Shown: piece by piece, positions 1 through 11,900 of the stretch
Position numbering within the stretch: position 1 is the first letter of the stretch
Layout of the letters: each line of letters begins with the position of its first letter
DNA from: Bacteroidota bacterium
GTDB lineage: Bacteria; Bacteroidota; Ignavibacteria; UBA10030; UBA6906
DNA: 64,000 nucleotides
Assembly: GCA_030835135.1 (NCBI GenBank)
Contig: JAUQWO010000020.1
Location: 379 to 64,378 of the forward strand
Reading direction: 5' to 3'
The notes under the pieces: generated by a model
Told to the model about the DNA's origin: nothing
The model's input: only the letters and a program-made list of their open reading frames with translations
Databases searched by the model: none
Program-made: the position numbers and the translations under genes

Positions 1-950
1 TGGCGGCGATCTCCTCCGCGACCCTGGCCGTGACGAAGGCGGGCGACACCATCATCAGCACGCCCGCGTTGTACGGCGGCACGTACCGGTTCTTCCGCGA
101 TATCCTCCCGCGGCATGGCATCACCGTGCGCTACTGCGATCCGCACAAACCCGATGCGCTGCGCACGATGATCACGCCGGCCACGAAGCTGGTCTACTTC
201 GAAAGTCCGACGAACCCCACGCTCGCGGTGGTGGACATCCCCGCGCTCGTCGCCGCCGTACGCGCGGCTCAACGCCGCACGCGGCGCCACGTGACGATCA
301 TGTGCGACAACACCTTCGCCACGAGTCTGAACCAGCGCCCGATCGAACTCGGCGTGGATGTGGTCGTGGAGAGCGCAACGAAGTATCTCGGCGGACATTC
401 GGACATCATCGCCGGTGTCGTTGCCGGGACCGCCGCGATGGTCGCGGATGCGCACTTTCAGATGAAGTACTATGGCGGGTGCGCCGATCCGTTCGCGGCG
501 TATCTGCTGCTCAGGAGCATGAAGACGTTCGCGCTGCGCGTGGTGAGACAGAATGCATCCGCGATGGAACTGGCATCATGGTTCGAGCGGCACCCCCGGG
601 TGCTCCGCGTCCTCTATCCCGGCCTCCGGTCGCATCCGGAGCACGCCGCGGCAACGCGGCAGATGGTGCCGGGTGCGGGGTACGGCGGCATGGTCACGAT
701 CGAGGTGCCCGGCGGAGTGAAGGGCGCGGTGAAGGTGTGCGATGCGCTGCAGGTGGCGGTCAATGCCATGTCCCTCGGCGGAGCCGAGACGCTGGTCAGC
801 ATCCCCGTCTATTCCTCGCATGTGGGCATGAGTGCCAGAGAACTCAAGCGTCATGGTGTGACGCCGGGAATGGTGCGCATTTCGGTCGGTTTGGAGGACG
901 TTGCGGACCTCAAAGCCGACTTTGATCGCGCATTGCGCCGGATTTCTTGA
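1..950 (+). CDS. PLP-dependent Cys/Met-metabolism enzyme (cystathionine gamma-synthase/beta-lyase or methionine gamma-lyase family), 5'-partial
   Basis: The reading frame is open back to window position 1. It carries the PLP-lysine motif SATKYLGGHSD and matches the trans-sulfuration enzyme family overall. Confidence 0.8.
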   Translation, partial: AAISSATLAVTKAGDTIISTPALYGGTYRFFRDILPRHGITVRYCDPHKPDALRTMITPATKLVYFESPTNPTLAVVDIPALVAAVRAAQRRTRRHVTIMCDNTFATSLNQRPIELGVDVVVESATKYLGGHSDIIAGVVAGTAAMVADAHFQMKYYGGCADPFAAYLLLRSMKTFALRVVRQNASAMELASWFERHPRVLRVLYPGLRSHPEHAAATRQMVPGAGYGGMVTIEVPGGVKGAVKVCDALQVAVNAMSLGGAETLVSIPVYSSHVGMSARELKRHGVTPGMVRISVGLEDVADLKADFDRALRRIS

Positions 951-1081
951 CCTTCAGCGCAGTTTTCTGTAAAATATGGTTCTAGGTAAGGTAGGCTCGT
1001 GCTCCTGTCTCGTTCTGGTGAAACGAAATCCCTTCACCATGTTTCAAACCATATGTCTGTAACAACTCACGGAGTCGTACT

Positions 1082-3454
1082 GTGAAACGAAGTGCCTCTG
1101 CGCAACTCCTCTCCACTGCGCTCGTGTCCGCCGCAGTCGTTGTCCTCGTCCTCTTCAGCGGTTGCTCCCCGAAAGCGGGTGATACCGTTGTCGCAACGGT
1201 CGGCAAGACCCCCATCACGCTTGCCGAGTACGAAAAGCTCTTTGAGCGCAGCAACGGAAGCCGCGATGCAGGCGTCAAGGCGACACAGGAAGAACGCGAA
1301 CGCTTCCTCGACCTGATGGTCCGGTACCGCAAGAAGCTGGCCGATGCATATGACCTCGGCCTGGACCGCCGTCCGGAACTGCAGGCGGAGATCCAGCAGT
1401 ACAAGGGAAGCCTTGCCGCTTCCTACCTGACAGACCGGCAGCTCGTGACGCCGGGGGTGAGGAAGATGTACGATCGCAGCCTCGAAGAACTCCGCGTCAG
1501 CCACGTCCTGATCCAGGTCAAGCAGGGTGCGACGGCCGAGGACTCCGCCGCCGCCATGAAGAAGGTGAACGAAGTGATCGCCCTCGCGAACAGTGGCAAG
1601 GACTTCGGCGAGCTCGCCCTCAACTTCTCCGACGATCCGAGCGCGAAGAACAACCGCGGCGACCTCTACTACTTCTCGGTCGGCAAGATGGTCCCCGAGT
1701 TCGAAGATGCCGCCTTCGCGATGAAGAAGGGCGAGATCTCCCAGAAGCCGGTCGGATCGCGCTGGGGATATCACATCCTGAAGATCATGGACCGCAAGCC
1801 GGCACCCGGCACGACGCACTGCGGCCATATCATGATCCGGTTCGAGAGCCAGTCGCCCTCGCCGGACGACACCCTGAAGGCCTATCAGAAGATCGCCGCG
1901 CTGCAGGATAGCCTCCGCGCCGGCACGCCGTTCGCCGCACTCGCGAAGGCGCACTCCGATGACGGTGGGTCCTCCGAGAACGGTGGCGACCTCGGATGGT
2001 TCGACCGTGGCCGCTGGCCCCAGCCGTTCGATGAGGCTGCCTTTCTGCTGAAGCCGGGTGAGTCCTCCCCGATCATCCGCACACAGTATGGCTACCACAT
2101 CATCAATTGCACCGGCGTGAACAAGCCGGGATCGTTCGAGGATGCGCGCGCGGACCTCCAGAACAAATACCAGCAGCAGCGCTTCCAGACCGAGTACGCC
2201 GCGTACCTGGACGGGATCCGCCGCGAAGTGAAATTCGCCGCGAATGACTCCATCGTCCGCCGCTTCGTGACCGCATTCGATTCCACGAAGACGGTGCGGG
2301 ACAGCGCATGGGCCGACACATTGACGGCCGGCTTCCGCAAGGCGGCGATCTACTCCTTCGCCGCGGGTCCGGTGAGCGTCGATTCCGTTCTCACCATCAT
2401 CAAGAGCCATCCGGAGTGGAGCAACCTGTCGCTGAACAAGCAGTCGCTCACCACGACGCTCGAGAAGGTCAGCGAGCAACTGCTCTTTGCTTCGAAGGCC
2501 GACCTGATGGAGAAGCAGGATCCGGAGTTCGGTTCCCTCCTCCGCGAGTACAAGGAAGGCATCCTGCTGTATCAGGCCGAGCAGGAACAGGTGTGGAACC
2601 GCGTCAGCCCGAACGACTCCACGCTGCATGTGTATTTCGACAATAACCGCGACCGCTTCATGTATCCTGACCGCGTCGTGTTCACCGAGCTGCGCGCGGC
2701 CACCGCGGAGGTCGCCAACGACCTGTACGCCGATGTGCGCGCCGGCAAGACACTCGAGCAGATCGCGCATGCCGACTCCGTCCGCCTCGCCCAGCGGTTC
2801 ATCTTCTCCCTGACGTTCGCGAAGGGCTCGACCGCACTGAGCAAGGCCGCGCTGAAGACCATCGACTCGGTGGGCACGGCGGTAAAGACGGAAAGCGATG
2901 TGCACCTGCTGATCGCGGCATTCGCCGACACGGCTGCCCGGAAATGGAAGCCGGGTGAGAAGTCGATCGCGCGTCAGCGTCTGGACATGCTGAAGAAGAA
3001 GTTCGCTTCGACTTATGGCATCGCGCCGGAGCGCATCATGGTCGAGCTCCGCCAGCGGTCATACGCCATTGAATCCAAGGCGACGATCGCGTATCTCGAG
3101 ACCCACGTCGATCTGCAGATCATCGGCCGCCAGCCGCGGGTGATCAATGCCCCGGAGACTGCGGTCCTTGCGCCGGCAGCCGACGAGCGCGCCGGTCGTG
3201 CAGATTCTCTGAAGATCGGGGAGGTCTCGGCACCGTTCCCGTCCAAGGTCGGATTCGCGATGGTGCGACTCGACCGCCGCGAACCCGCCCGCCGCAAGGC
3301 ATTCGAAGAAGCGGGTGCCGAAGTCAGCAGCGCGTTCCAGGATTATGAGGCGAAGCGGTTGGAGAAGGAATGGCTGGACCGGGTCGAGAAGGCCCATCCC
3401 GTGGTCGTGAACAAGGAAGCCCTCAGGCAGGCATTTGCAGCTCCCCAGAAATAG
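1082..3454 (+). CDS. PpiC-type peptidyl-prolyl isomerase lipoprotein with two parvulin domains (PpiD/SurA-like), 790 aa
   Basis: It has a GTG start and a lipobox (LFSGC). Two parvulin cores are present (GDLYYFSVGKM...GYHILKI and GDLGWFDRGRW...GYHIINC). An OmpA-like segment (FSLTFAKGSTALSKAALKTIDSV...) lies between the parvulin and C-terminal chaperone-like regions. Confidence 0.7.
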   Translation: MKRSASAQLLSTALVSAAVVVLVLFSGCSPKAGDTVVATVGKTPITLAEYEKLFERSNGSRDAGVKATQEERERFLDLMVRYRKKLADAYDLGLDRRPELQAEIQQYKGSLAASYLTDRQLVTPGVRKMYDRSLEELRVSHVLIQVKQGATAEDSAAAMKKVNEVIALANSGKDFGELALNFSDDPSAKNNRGDLYYFSVGKMVPEFEDAAFAMKKGEISQKPVGSRWGYHILKIMDRKPAPGTTHCGHIMIRFESQSPSPDDTLKAYQKIAALQDSLRAGTPFAALAKAHSDDGGSSENGGDLGWFDRGRWPQPFDEAAFLLKPGESSPIIRTQYGYHIINCTGVNKPGSFEDARADLQNKYQQQRFQTEYAAYLDGIRREVKFAANDSIVRRFVTAFDSTKTVRDSAWADTLTAGFRKAAIYSFAAGPVSVDSVLTIIKSHPEWSNLSLNKQSLTTTLEKVSEQLLFASKADLMEKQDPEFGSLLREYKEGILLYQAEQEQVWNRVSPNDSTLHVYFDNNRDRFMYPDRVVFTELRAATAEVANDLYADVRAGKTLEQIAHADSVRLAQRFIFSLTFAKGSTALSKAALKTIDSVGTAVKTESDVHLLIAAFADTAARKWKPGEKSIARQRLDMLKKKFASTYGIAPERIMVELRQRSYAIESKATIAYLETHVDLQIIGRQPRVINAPETAVLAPAADERAGRADSLKIGEVSAPFPSKVGFAMVRLDRREPARRKAFEEAGAEVSSAFQDYEAKRLEKEWLDRVEKAHPVVVNKEALRQAFAAPQK

Positions 3455-4304
3455 CACTGTTCTTCCGGCCGCCGTTCTTCTCCTTGCCTTTGCAGGGGGA
3501 TGCGGCGGCCCGGGAAACAAAGGCGGGTACGTTGCCCGCGTGAACAATGCAGTGCTCACGCAGGAGGACCTCGTTGTCACCCGCGATTCTCTCGGCGCGC
3601 CGACGGCATTGTCGAAGGAGTACGTCAACGAGTGGATCGTGACCGAGTTGCTCTTCCAGGAAGCGGAGCGCCGCGGCGTTCCGGATGCGCCGGCATTCCA
3701 GGCGCAGCTCGAGAACACGCGCAAGCGCCTCGCCGTGGCCGCACTCCTCCAGCAGGAGGTCTATGGCGCGGTGGACACCGCGGGGATCCCTGACGAAGCG
3801 ATCGCGGCTGCCTTCACGGCGGCCGGCGACGCGTATGCGCTGCGCGAGGATGTTGTGCAGGCGACGCTGGTGCTGTTCCGCGACCGCGAAGCGGCCTCGA
3901 GCTTCCGGACCACGGTGCTGAAAGGTACGGCATGGGACGAAGCCCTTCGCCGCGTCATTGCCACCCCTTCCGGCGCCTCACAGATCGTGCGCACCGCGGA
4001 CCATCGGTATTTCACCCGGACCACGCTGTACCCCGAAGAACTCTGGCGCCTCGCCAGAAGCCTCCCCCGTGAAGAGGTGTCGTTCCCTCTCCGCGCTGCC
4101 GATGGCTACTACATCCTCCGGGTCCACCAGTCATTCCGTCAGGGCGAGTTGCCCCCCCTGGATTATGTGCGGGCCGAAGTGCGCGAACATCTCCTCATGG
4201 ATGCCAGGCGCCAGAAGTACGACGATTTCATCCGCACGCTGCGCGAGCGGCATACCGTTGACATACGTGACGCCGCCGCCGATTCCGGCGCCGTGCAAGA
4301 ATAA
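3435..4304 (+). CDS. SurA N-terminal-domain-like periplasmic chaperone lipoprotein
   Basis: The probable TTG start overlaps the upstream gene by 20 nt. A lipobox (AFAGGC) and a SurA_N-like helical chaperone region are present. Confidence 0.5.
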   Translation: MQLPRNSTVLPAAVLLLAFAGGCGGPGNKGGYVARVNNAVLTQEDLVVTRDSLGAPTALSKEYVNEWIVTELLFQEAERRGVPDAPAFQAQLENTRKRLAVAALLQQEVYGAVDTAGIPDEAIAAAFTAAGDAYALREDVVQATLVLFRDREAASSFRTTVLKGTAWDEALRRVIATPSGASQIVRTADHRYFTRTTLYPEELWRLARSLPREEVSFPLRAADGYYILRVHQSFRQGELPPLDYVRAEVREHLLMDARRQKYDDFIRTLRERHTVDIRDAAADSGAVQE

Positions 4305-4311
4305 GGAGTTG

Positions 4312-5625
4312 ATGATGCGTGCAGTTCATGTCCTCTTCACCATCTGTGTCGTGTCGTTGACCGTGACATCGGCCGTTGGCCAGAACCAGCCCCAGGCAAC
4401 GTCGCCCCAGCAGGCACAGGTGCTCGACCGTATCGTTGCCGTCGTCGAGAACGATCCGATCCTCGAATCGGAAGTGCAGGCGCAGATCCAGTTCTTCGTG
4501 ATGAACAACAAGGTGGATGCCCGGGCCCCCGGCGTGCGCGCCCAGGTGCTCGTGTCCATGATCAATGAGAAGCTGATCGTGGCCAAAGCGGTGCAGGACA
4601 GCGTGACGGTGAGCGATGATGAGGTGCAGCAGCAGCTCGACCAGGCGATCCAGCAGCGCGTGCAGCAGGTCGGGTCCGAAGCACGCCTCGAAGAACTCTA
4701 TGGCATGCCGCTCAGCCGCATCAAGCGTGAATACCGCGATGAGATGCGCCGGAACCTCCTGGCGCAGAAGCTCCAGCAGCAGCGCTTCGGTTCTTCCTCC
4801 ATCGGCCGCTTCGAAGTGGAGGAGTTCTACAGCACGTACCGCGACAGTCTTCCGCGAGTGCCGGAAGAAGTGGAGCTCGCGCATATCTTCATCAAGCCGC
4901 GCTTCAGCGATGCCGACCGTACCGCCGCACGGACGAAGATGCAGTCGCTCCTCGACAGTCTGAATGCCGGCGTCGATTTCGCCGGGCTGGCCCAGCGCCA
5001 TTCCGACGATCCCGGCTCCGCCCCTCAGGGTGGCAACCTCGGCCTCGTCCGCCGCGGACAGTTCGTGAAGGAGTTCGAGAGCGCGGTCTTCAGCCTCGGT
5101 GATGGGCAGACCTCCGGCATCGTCGAAACAGAGCTCGGCATGCACATCATCCAGCTCCTCGAACGGCGCGGCGATGCGGTGCGGGCACGGCATATCCTGC
5201 TGCGCATGCAGCGCACGCCGGAAAGCGATTCCACCACCGTGCATCTTCTGGACTCGCTGCGCCTGCGCATCCTTGCCGGTGCGAATTTCGCCGAACTGGC
5301 GAAGACGTACTCTGAGGACAAGGAGACGAATCTCATCGGCGGCACGCTCGGGACCATGGAGCTGGAACAGCTCGACAAGAACTGGTACGCCGTGGTCGCA
5401 CCGCTGAAGGCCGGCGAGGTCAGTGCCCCGGCACAACTCCCAGTCGGCGCTTCGTATGGCTATCACATCGTGCTGGTGCGCAAGCGCACGGCTGCCCACG
5501 ACATGACGCTCGAGACGGATTACCACAAGCTGGAGCAGATCGCGCTGAACTACAAGCGCACGAAGGACTATCAGACCTGGCTGGATGGCCTGCGGAAGCA
5601 GATCTACTGGAAGATCTACGAATAA
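4312..5625 (+). CDS. SurA-like periplasmic chaperone / parvulin PPIase
   Basis: The ATG at 4312 follows an AAGGAG ribosome-binding site. The upstream ORF extension from 3958 to 4311 overlaps the previous gene and is not used. A signal peptide (MMRAVHVLFTICVVSLTVTSA), a SurA_N region and a parvulin domain (NLGLVRRGQFVKEFE...GMHIIQL) are present. Confidence 0.75.
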   Translation: MMRAVHVLFTICVVSLTVTSAVGQNQPQATSPQQAQVLDRIVAVVENDPILESEVQAQIQFFVMNNKVDARAPGVRAQVLVSMINEKLIVAKAVQDSVTVSDDEVQQQLDQAIQQRVQQVGSEARLEELYGMPLSRIKREYRDEMRRNLLAQKLQQQRFGSSSIGRFEVEEFYSTYRDSLPRVPEEVELAHIFIKPRFSDADRTAARTKMQSLLDSLNAGVDFAGLAQRHSDDPGSAPQGGNLGLVRRGQFVKEFESAVFSLGDGQTSGIVETELGMHIIQLLERRGDAVRARHILLRMQRTPESDSTTVHLLDSLRLRILAGANFAELAKTYSEDKETNLIGGTLGTMELEQLDKNWYAVVAPLKAGEVSAPAQLPVGASYGYHIVLVRKRTAAHDMTLETDYHKLEQIALNYKRTKDYQTWLDGLRKQIYWKIYE

Positions 5626-5643
5626 GCCGGAAGGAACCGTCGC

Positions 5644-6654
<1,011 letters not shown>

Positions 6655-6658
6655 TCCT

Positions 6659-8827
6659 ATGCCGCAGTTCGACCTTCGTGTCGGCGCTTCTCCCCTCTTT
6701 GCACTCCTGGCGATCGCCATCGCCGTCGTCGTTGCCGTTCTGTACTATCGCATCACCCTCCCGCCCGTTGCGCCGTATCTCCGCCGCATCCTGATGGTGT
6801 TGCGCGGACTCGCGCTGCTGCTCCTGCTGCTGCTCTTTCTTGAACCCATTCTGCGGATCATCAGCACCACCGTGCACCGTCCGGTACTCAGCGTGCTCGT
6901 GGATGACAGCAAGAGCATGGGGATCACGGACAAGAGCGGCAACCGTGCGTCGCAGGCCCGCGCGATCCTGCAGTCGCCGCCCCTTGCGCGCATCGCGGAA
7001 CGTGCCGATGTGCGTTACGTGGCGTTCAGCACCGGCGCCCTCATCGTCCCGCCGGATTCGCTGGACTCGTTGTCCTTCAATGGCGATGGTACCGACCTCG
7101 CATCGGCGATGCATACCGCGGCGGCTGCCCATGCGTCCGCCTCCGCACACGCGATGCTCGTCATCTCCGATGGGGTCACGACCATCGGCAAGAACCCGCT
7201 GCATGATGCGGCGTCGTATGGCATCCCCGTGTACTCGGTGGGAGTTGGCGATGCCGCCGAGCAGCTGGACGTCCTGGTCTCGCATGTTGCCGGCAATGCC
7301 ATCGTGTATGCGGGTGTGCCCGCTCCCGTGGATGTGATCGTGAAGAGCGCCGGATATCCGGGACAGAAGGTGGAAGTTACCATCGCCGACGGTCAGCGTG
7401 TGATGGACCGGAAACCCCTGACACTGGAGGATGGCGTCCGCGAGTACGAGCTCTCTCTGACCTATACACCCGAGGGCGAGGGGGTTCGGTCATATACCGT
7501 CGCTGTCACCTCACTTCCCGGTGAGCTCACCACAAAGAACAACCGGCGGACCTTCAGTGCGCGGGTGCGCAAGAGCGCACTGATGGTGCTGGTCATCGCC
7601 GGGGCGCCCTCGCCGGACGTTTCCGCCGTGCGCCAGTCCATCGCGGAAGTGGAACAGTTCAGCGTGCGGTCGTTCACGCAGTCCCCATCGGGACAGTTCT
7701 TTGAAGGTGCGTTGCGGCGTGAGGTCGTGGATTCCGCGGACTGTGTCGTGCTGGTGGGATACCCCGGTGCCGGAGCGCAGCCCGGTGTACTTGAGAGCGT
7801 ATTCGGCGGTGTGAATGCACGGCCTGTGCCTGTGCTCGTCGTGGCGACGAAGAATACCGATCTGCGCGCGCTGGCACGCATCGCAGACTGGCTCCCGTTC
7901 ACGGCGGAGATGTTCTCGATCGCGGAGTATGAAGTAGCCGCGGACCCGACCGCGTCCGAGAAGGCGGTGCCGGTGTTCACGCCCGAGCATCGCGAGCAGG
8001 ATGATCCGTGGCTCCGGCTGCCACCGGTGTTCACCACGCGCACCGTCATCACGGCGAGACCGGATGCAACGGTCCACGCCGTTACGCGTGCCCAGGGCAT
8101 CGATCCGGTGCGTCCGGTGATCTTGTCACGCCGCGTGGATCGCAGGCGTGTCGTTGCTCTTGCCGCGCACGGCGTGTGGCGCTGGCGCCTGATGGCGCAG
8201 CGGTCGGCACAGACCGAGAGCTTCTTCGGTGAGTTGATGGCGAACACGCTGCGCTGGCTCACGGCACCCGACGATGCCGGACCGGTGATCGCGAAGCCAT
8301 TCAAGGAGTCGTTCGCGCAGGGTGAACCATTATTGTTCACCGCGCAGGTGTACGATCCGCGGGGTAACGCGGTTGAAGACGCCGAAGTGAAGCTGACCAT
8401 CGCGAAAGGCGGTGAGGTGCGCGAAGCATTATTGTCGCCACGGGGCAACGGAAGATATGAAGGCGGCACGGCGGGCATCCATACGGATGGCTTGTTTCGT
8501 TACAAGGTCACGGCGTCGCGCAGCGGCGCGGTGTTGGGCAGCGACAGCGGACAGGTGCACATCAGCGGCACGGCGATCGAATTCCTGAACACGCGGATGG
8601 ATGAGGGGACGCTCACTGCACTTGCCGCGCGCACGGGCGGTGCGTACATGCGACCGGACGAGATCGGTCGGTTGGACTCGCTGCTGGCGGGTGATGCGTC
8701 GTTCGCGCCGCGAACGACATCCTCTGTTGCGGAGATCCACGTGAGGATGTCGCCGTGGTACATGGGCGTGGTGATCCTGCTTCTTGCAGCGGAGTGGTTC
8801 ATCCGTAAGCGGAGCGGAATGATCTAG
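6659..8827 (+). CDS. VWA-domain membrane protein (BatA-like), partner of MoxR
   Basis: There are N- and C-terminal transmembrane segments. A VWA MIDAS motif is present (LSVLVDDSKSMGITDKSGN). The gene sits immediately downstream of moxR. Confidence 0.6.
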   Translation: MPQFDLRVGASPLFALLAIAIAVVVAVLYYRITLPPVAPYLRRILMVLRGLALLLLLLLFLEPILRIISTTVHRPVLSVLVDDSKSMGITDKSGNRASQARAILQSPPLARIAERADVRYVAFSTGALIVPPDSLDSLSFNGDGTDLASAMHTAAAAHASASAHAMLVISDGVTTIGKNPLHDAASYGIPVYSVGVGDAAEQLDVLVSHVAGNAIVYAGVPAPVDVIVKSAGYPGQKVEVTIADGQRVMDRKPLTLEDGVREYELSLTYTPEGEGVRSYTVAVTSLPGELTTKNNRRTFSARVRKSALMVLVIAGAPSPDVSAVRQSIAEVEQFSVRSFTQSPSGQFFEGALRREVVDSADCVVLVGYPGAGAQPGVLESVFGGVNARPVPVLVVATKNTDLRALARIADWLPFTAEMFSIAEYEVAADPTASEKAVPVFTPEHREQDDPWLRLPPVFTTRTVITARPDATVHAVTRAQGIDPVRPVILSRRVDRRRVVALAAHGVWRWRLMAQRSAQTESFFGELMANTLRWLTAPDDAGPVIAKPFKESFAQGEPLLFTAQVYDPRGNAVEDAEVKLTIAKGGEVREALLSPRGNGRYEGGTAGIHTDGLFRYKVTASRSGAVLGSDSGQVHISGTAIEFLNTRMDEGTLTALAARTGGAYMRPDEIGRLDSLLAGDASFAPRTTSSVAEIHVRMSPWYMGVVILLLAAEWFIRKRSGMI

Positions 8828-8903
8828 TGCCGGATGATGCGGCCGGGATGTCGCAGGACAGATTGACGACGGTGGTGGTGCGACGCGCGGCAGAATTCCG
8901 GTC

Positions 8904-8985
8904 GTAGGGGCGGTGCATGCGCCAGCCCCTGCTCCCCGTGTACAGTTTTCGGCCGGGGTTGTATCGCACCGAGCCTACCCGACGG
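8904..8985. repeat. Degenerate copy of the GC-rich hairpin repeat family, in the convergent gap between the VWA gene and gyrA
   Basis: The sequence gtaggggcggtgcatgcgccagcccctgc...ggggttgtatcgcaccg matches the repeats at 27768 and 32640. Confidence 0.6.
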
Positions 8986-8995
8986 ACCTCCGGCT

Positions 8996-11900
8996 CTACC
9001 GCTTCCCTTTTCCCTTCACCTTCTTTGCCGGCGTGGCAGGTTTCTTTGCCGCAGCCGGTTTTTTCGTTGGTGCTGCTTTCTTTGCCGGGGCGGCCGCCTT
9101 CTTCGCTGGAGCGGTAGTCTTCTTCGCCGGGCCGGCAGTCTTCCTTGCCTGAGCGACCACCTTCCTGGCCGGTGGCATCTGCTTCTTTTCCGGCGGAGCA
9201 GCCTTCTTTGCGGGTTCTGAATTCTTCACCGGAGCACTCTTTACCGACTCCGTCTTCGCTGCGCTCTTTGGCGGAGCACCCTTGCCAGGGGAGGCTTTCG
9301 ATGCTTCCACTGCAGGAGCAGGAGAGTCTAAAGAACCCCTCTTCCCAGCCGATGCTTTCGGTGCTTCCACTGCTGGAGCAGGAGAGTCCAAAGAGCCCTT
9401 CTTCCCGGCCGATGCCTTCTCTGCTTTGGTAGCACCAGCGGGAGCACCAACAATGCTCCCGGGAGCACTACCGGGAGCACCGACTGTCTTTCCACCCTTT
9501 ACGGGAGCACCCTTGCCAGCCGGTGCCCCCTTCTCTTCGCCTGCTTTACTGCCCTTCGCCTTCTTCTTCAGGTTTTTTTTTTCGTCGGCGTCGAACAGGC
9601 TCGTCTGGTCGCCATTCTCCGGCCCGCCCTCCGGCTTCCCGTTGGAGCCATTCGTGATCGTCTCGTCATCATCTGCCGGCACCGACGCCACATCCGACAC
9701 CGCGTCGCCTGCATCGAGCTTGATGAGCCGCACCCCCTGGGTGTTCCGTCCGGCCACGCGGATATCCGACGCATGCTGACGGATCACCACGCCGCGCGAG
9801 GACACGATCACCACATCGTCCTTCTCCTTCACTTCGCGGATCGCCACCATCTTCCCCGTCTTGTCGGTGGTTTTCATGGTGAAGATACCCTTGCCGCCGC
9901 GGTGACTGATGCGATACTCTTCCGTGTCGCTCCGCTTCCCGAACCCGTTCTCCGTGGCAACAAGGATCGTGGTATCGGACCGGCGCAGCACCACCGCGCC
10001 GACCACCACGTCATTCTTGTTGAGCCGGATCGCACGCACGCCGCCTGCCGCGCGGCCCATGGTGCGCACCTCGGTTTCGGGGAACCGCACCGCCATGCCT
10101 TCCGATGTACCGATGACGACGTCCTGCTTGCCGTCCGTGAGATGCACATCGATCAGCTTGTCCTTCTTGTCCAAACCGATCGCCGCGATGCCCGTCTTGC
10201 GCGGATTGGCGAACTCGCCGAGCACCGTCTTCTTGATGTTCCCCTTCTCCGTGACCATGAGGACGTTCAGCGGCGCGTCGAAGGCCTTCACCGCAACATA
10301 CGACACGATCGTCTCGCCGGTCTCCTTCGAGACGAGGTTGGCGATGGACTTGCCGCGCGTCGCCCGTCCGCCCTCCGGGATCTCGAACACCTTGAGCCAG
10401 TAGCACCGCCCCATGTCCGTGAACAGCAGGATGTACTCATGCGTGGACGCGATGAACATCGCCTCGATGAAATCATCCTCCTTCGTCGTCGCCCCCGAAC
10501 TCCCCCGTCCGCCGCGCGACTGCCGGCGGTAGCCGCTCACCGGGAACCGCTTCACATAGCCATTATGGCTGATGGTGATGACGACCTGCTCCTCGGCGAT
10601 CATGTCCTCAATGCTGAACTCTTCCGCCTTGTACACGATCTCCGTGCGGCGCTCGTCGCCGTACTTCTCCTTCATCTTCAGCAGCTCTTCGCGGATGATC
10701 TGCAGCTGCAGTGCCTTGCTCGCAAGGATGGCCTTCAGGCGTTCGATCAGCTTGATGGTCTCGCGATACTCGTCCTCGATCTTCTTCCGTTCCAGGCCGG
10801 TGAGGCGCTGCAGACGCATGTCCAGGATCGCCTTCGCCTGGATCTCGGAGAGCTTGAACTTCTTCATCAAGCCGACCTTCGCGGTCTCGACGTCGCGCGA
10901 GGCCTTGATCAGCTTGATGATCGCGTCGATGTTATCGAGCGCGATGATGTACCCTTCGAGGATATGCGCGCGCTTCTCGGCCTCATCGAGTTCGTACTTC
11001 GTCCGGCGCACGACCACCTCGATGCGGTGATCGATGAAGAGCCGCATCATCTCGCGCAGCGTCAGGATCTTCGGCCGGCCGTCCACCAGGGCGAGCAGGA
11101 TCACGCCGAAGGTGGTCTGCATCTGCGTGTGCTTGTACAGGTTGTTGAGGATCACTTCCGCGTTCGCATCGCGGCGCAATTCGATGACGATACGCATGCC
11201 GTCGCGGTCCGACTCGTCCCGGATGTCCGAGATGTCCTCGAGCTTCTTGTCCGAGACCATATCGGCGATCTTCTCGATCAGGTTCGCCTTGTTCACCTGA
11301 TACGGGATCTCGGTGATGATGATGCTCTGACGGTCGTTCTTCTGGGTCTGGATCGACGCGCGGGCACGCACCACGATGCGGCCGCGGCCGGTCATGTAGG
11401 CGTCCTTGACACCTTCATAGCCGTAGATGATGCCACCGGTCGGGAAATCGGGGGCCTTCACGATCTTGATCAGCTTCTCGTTGTCGATCCCCTCGTCCTT
11501 GATCATCGCGAGGCAGCCGTCGATGGTGTCGGAGAGGTTGTGCGGCGGGATGTTCGTTGCCATACCCACGGCGATACCGCTGGCGCCGTTGATGAGAAGG
11601 TTCGGGACCATTGCCGGGAGCACCGATGGCTCCTTCAGCGTGTCGTCGAAGTTCGGAACGAAGTCGACCGTGTTCTTCTCGAGATCGAGCAGCATCTCTT
11701 CCGCGATCTTCGCCATGCGCGCTTCGGTGTACCTCATGGCCGCGGCAGAGTCGCCATCCACCGACCCGAAATTCCCCTGCCCGTCCACGAGCGGATACCG
11801 CATGGAGAAGTCCTGCGCCATGCGCACCATGGTGTCGTACACGGCGGAGTCGCCGTGCGGGTGGTACTTGCCGAGCACCTCACCCACGATACGGGCGGAC

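Noticed and set aside
1067-2905. 612-aa minus-strand ORF overlapping the PPIase gene. The same applies to 4228-6081, 14194-15780, 15931-16893, 17666-18829, 19864-21012, 28852-31191, 47517-48806 and 63265-63939.
   Set aside because: All are antisense to well-supported conserved genes and have low-complexity R/G/H/D-rich composition with no motifs. They are shadow ORFs created by the GC3 bias.
3958-4311. Upstream extension of the SurA-like ORF to 3958
   Set aside because: The extension overlaps the preceding chaperone gene for 350 nt in another frame. The ATG at 4312 has an AAGGAG RBS and starts a canonical signal peptide.
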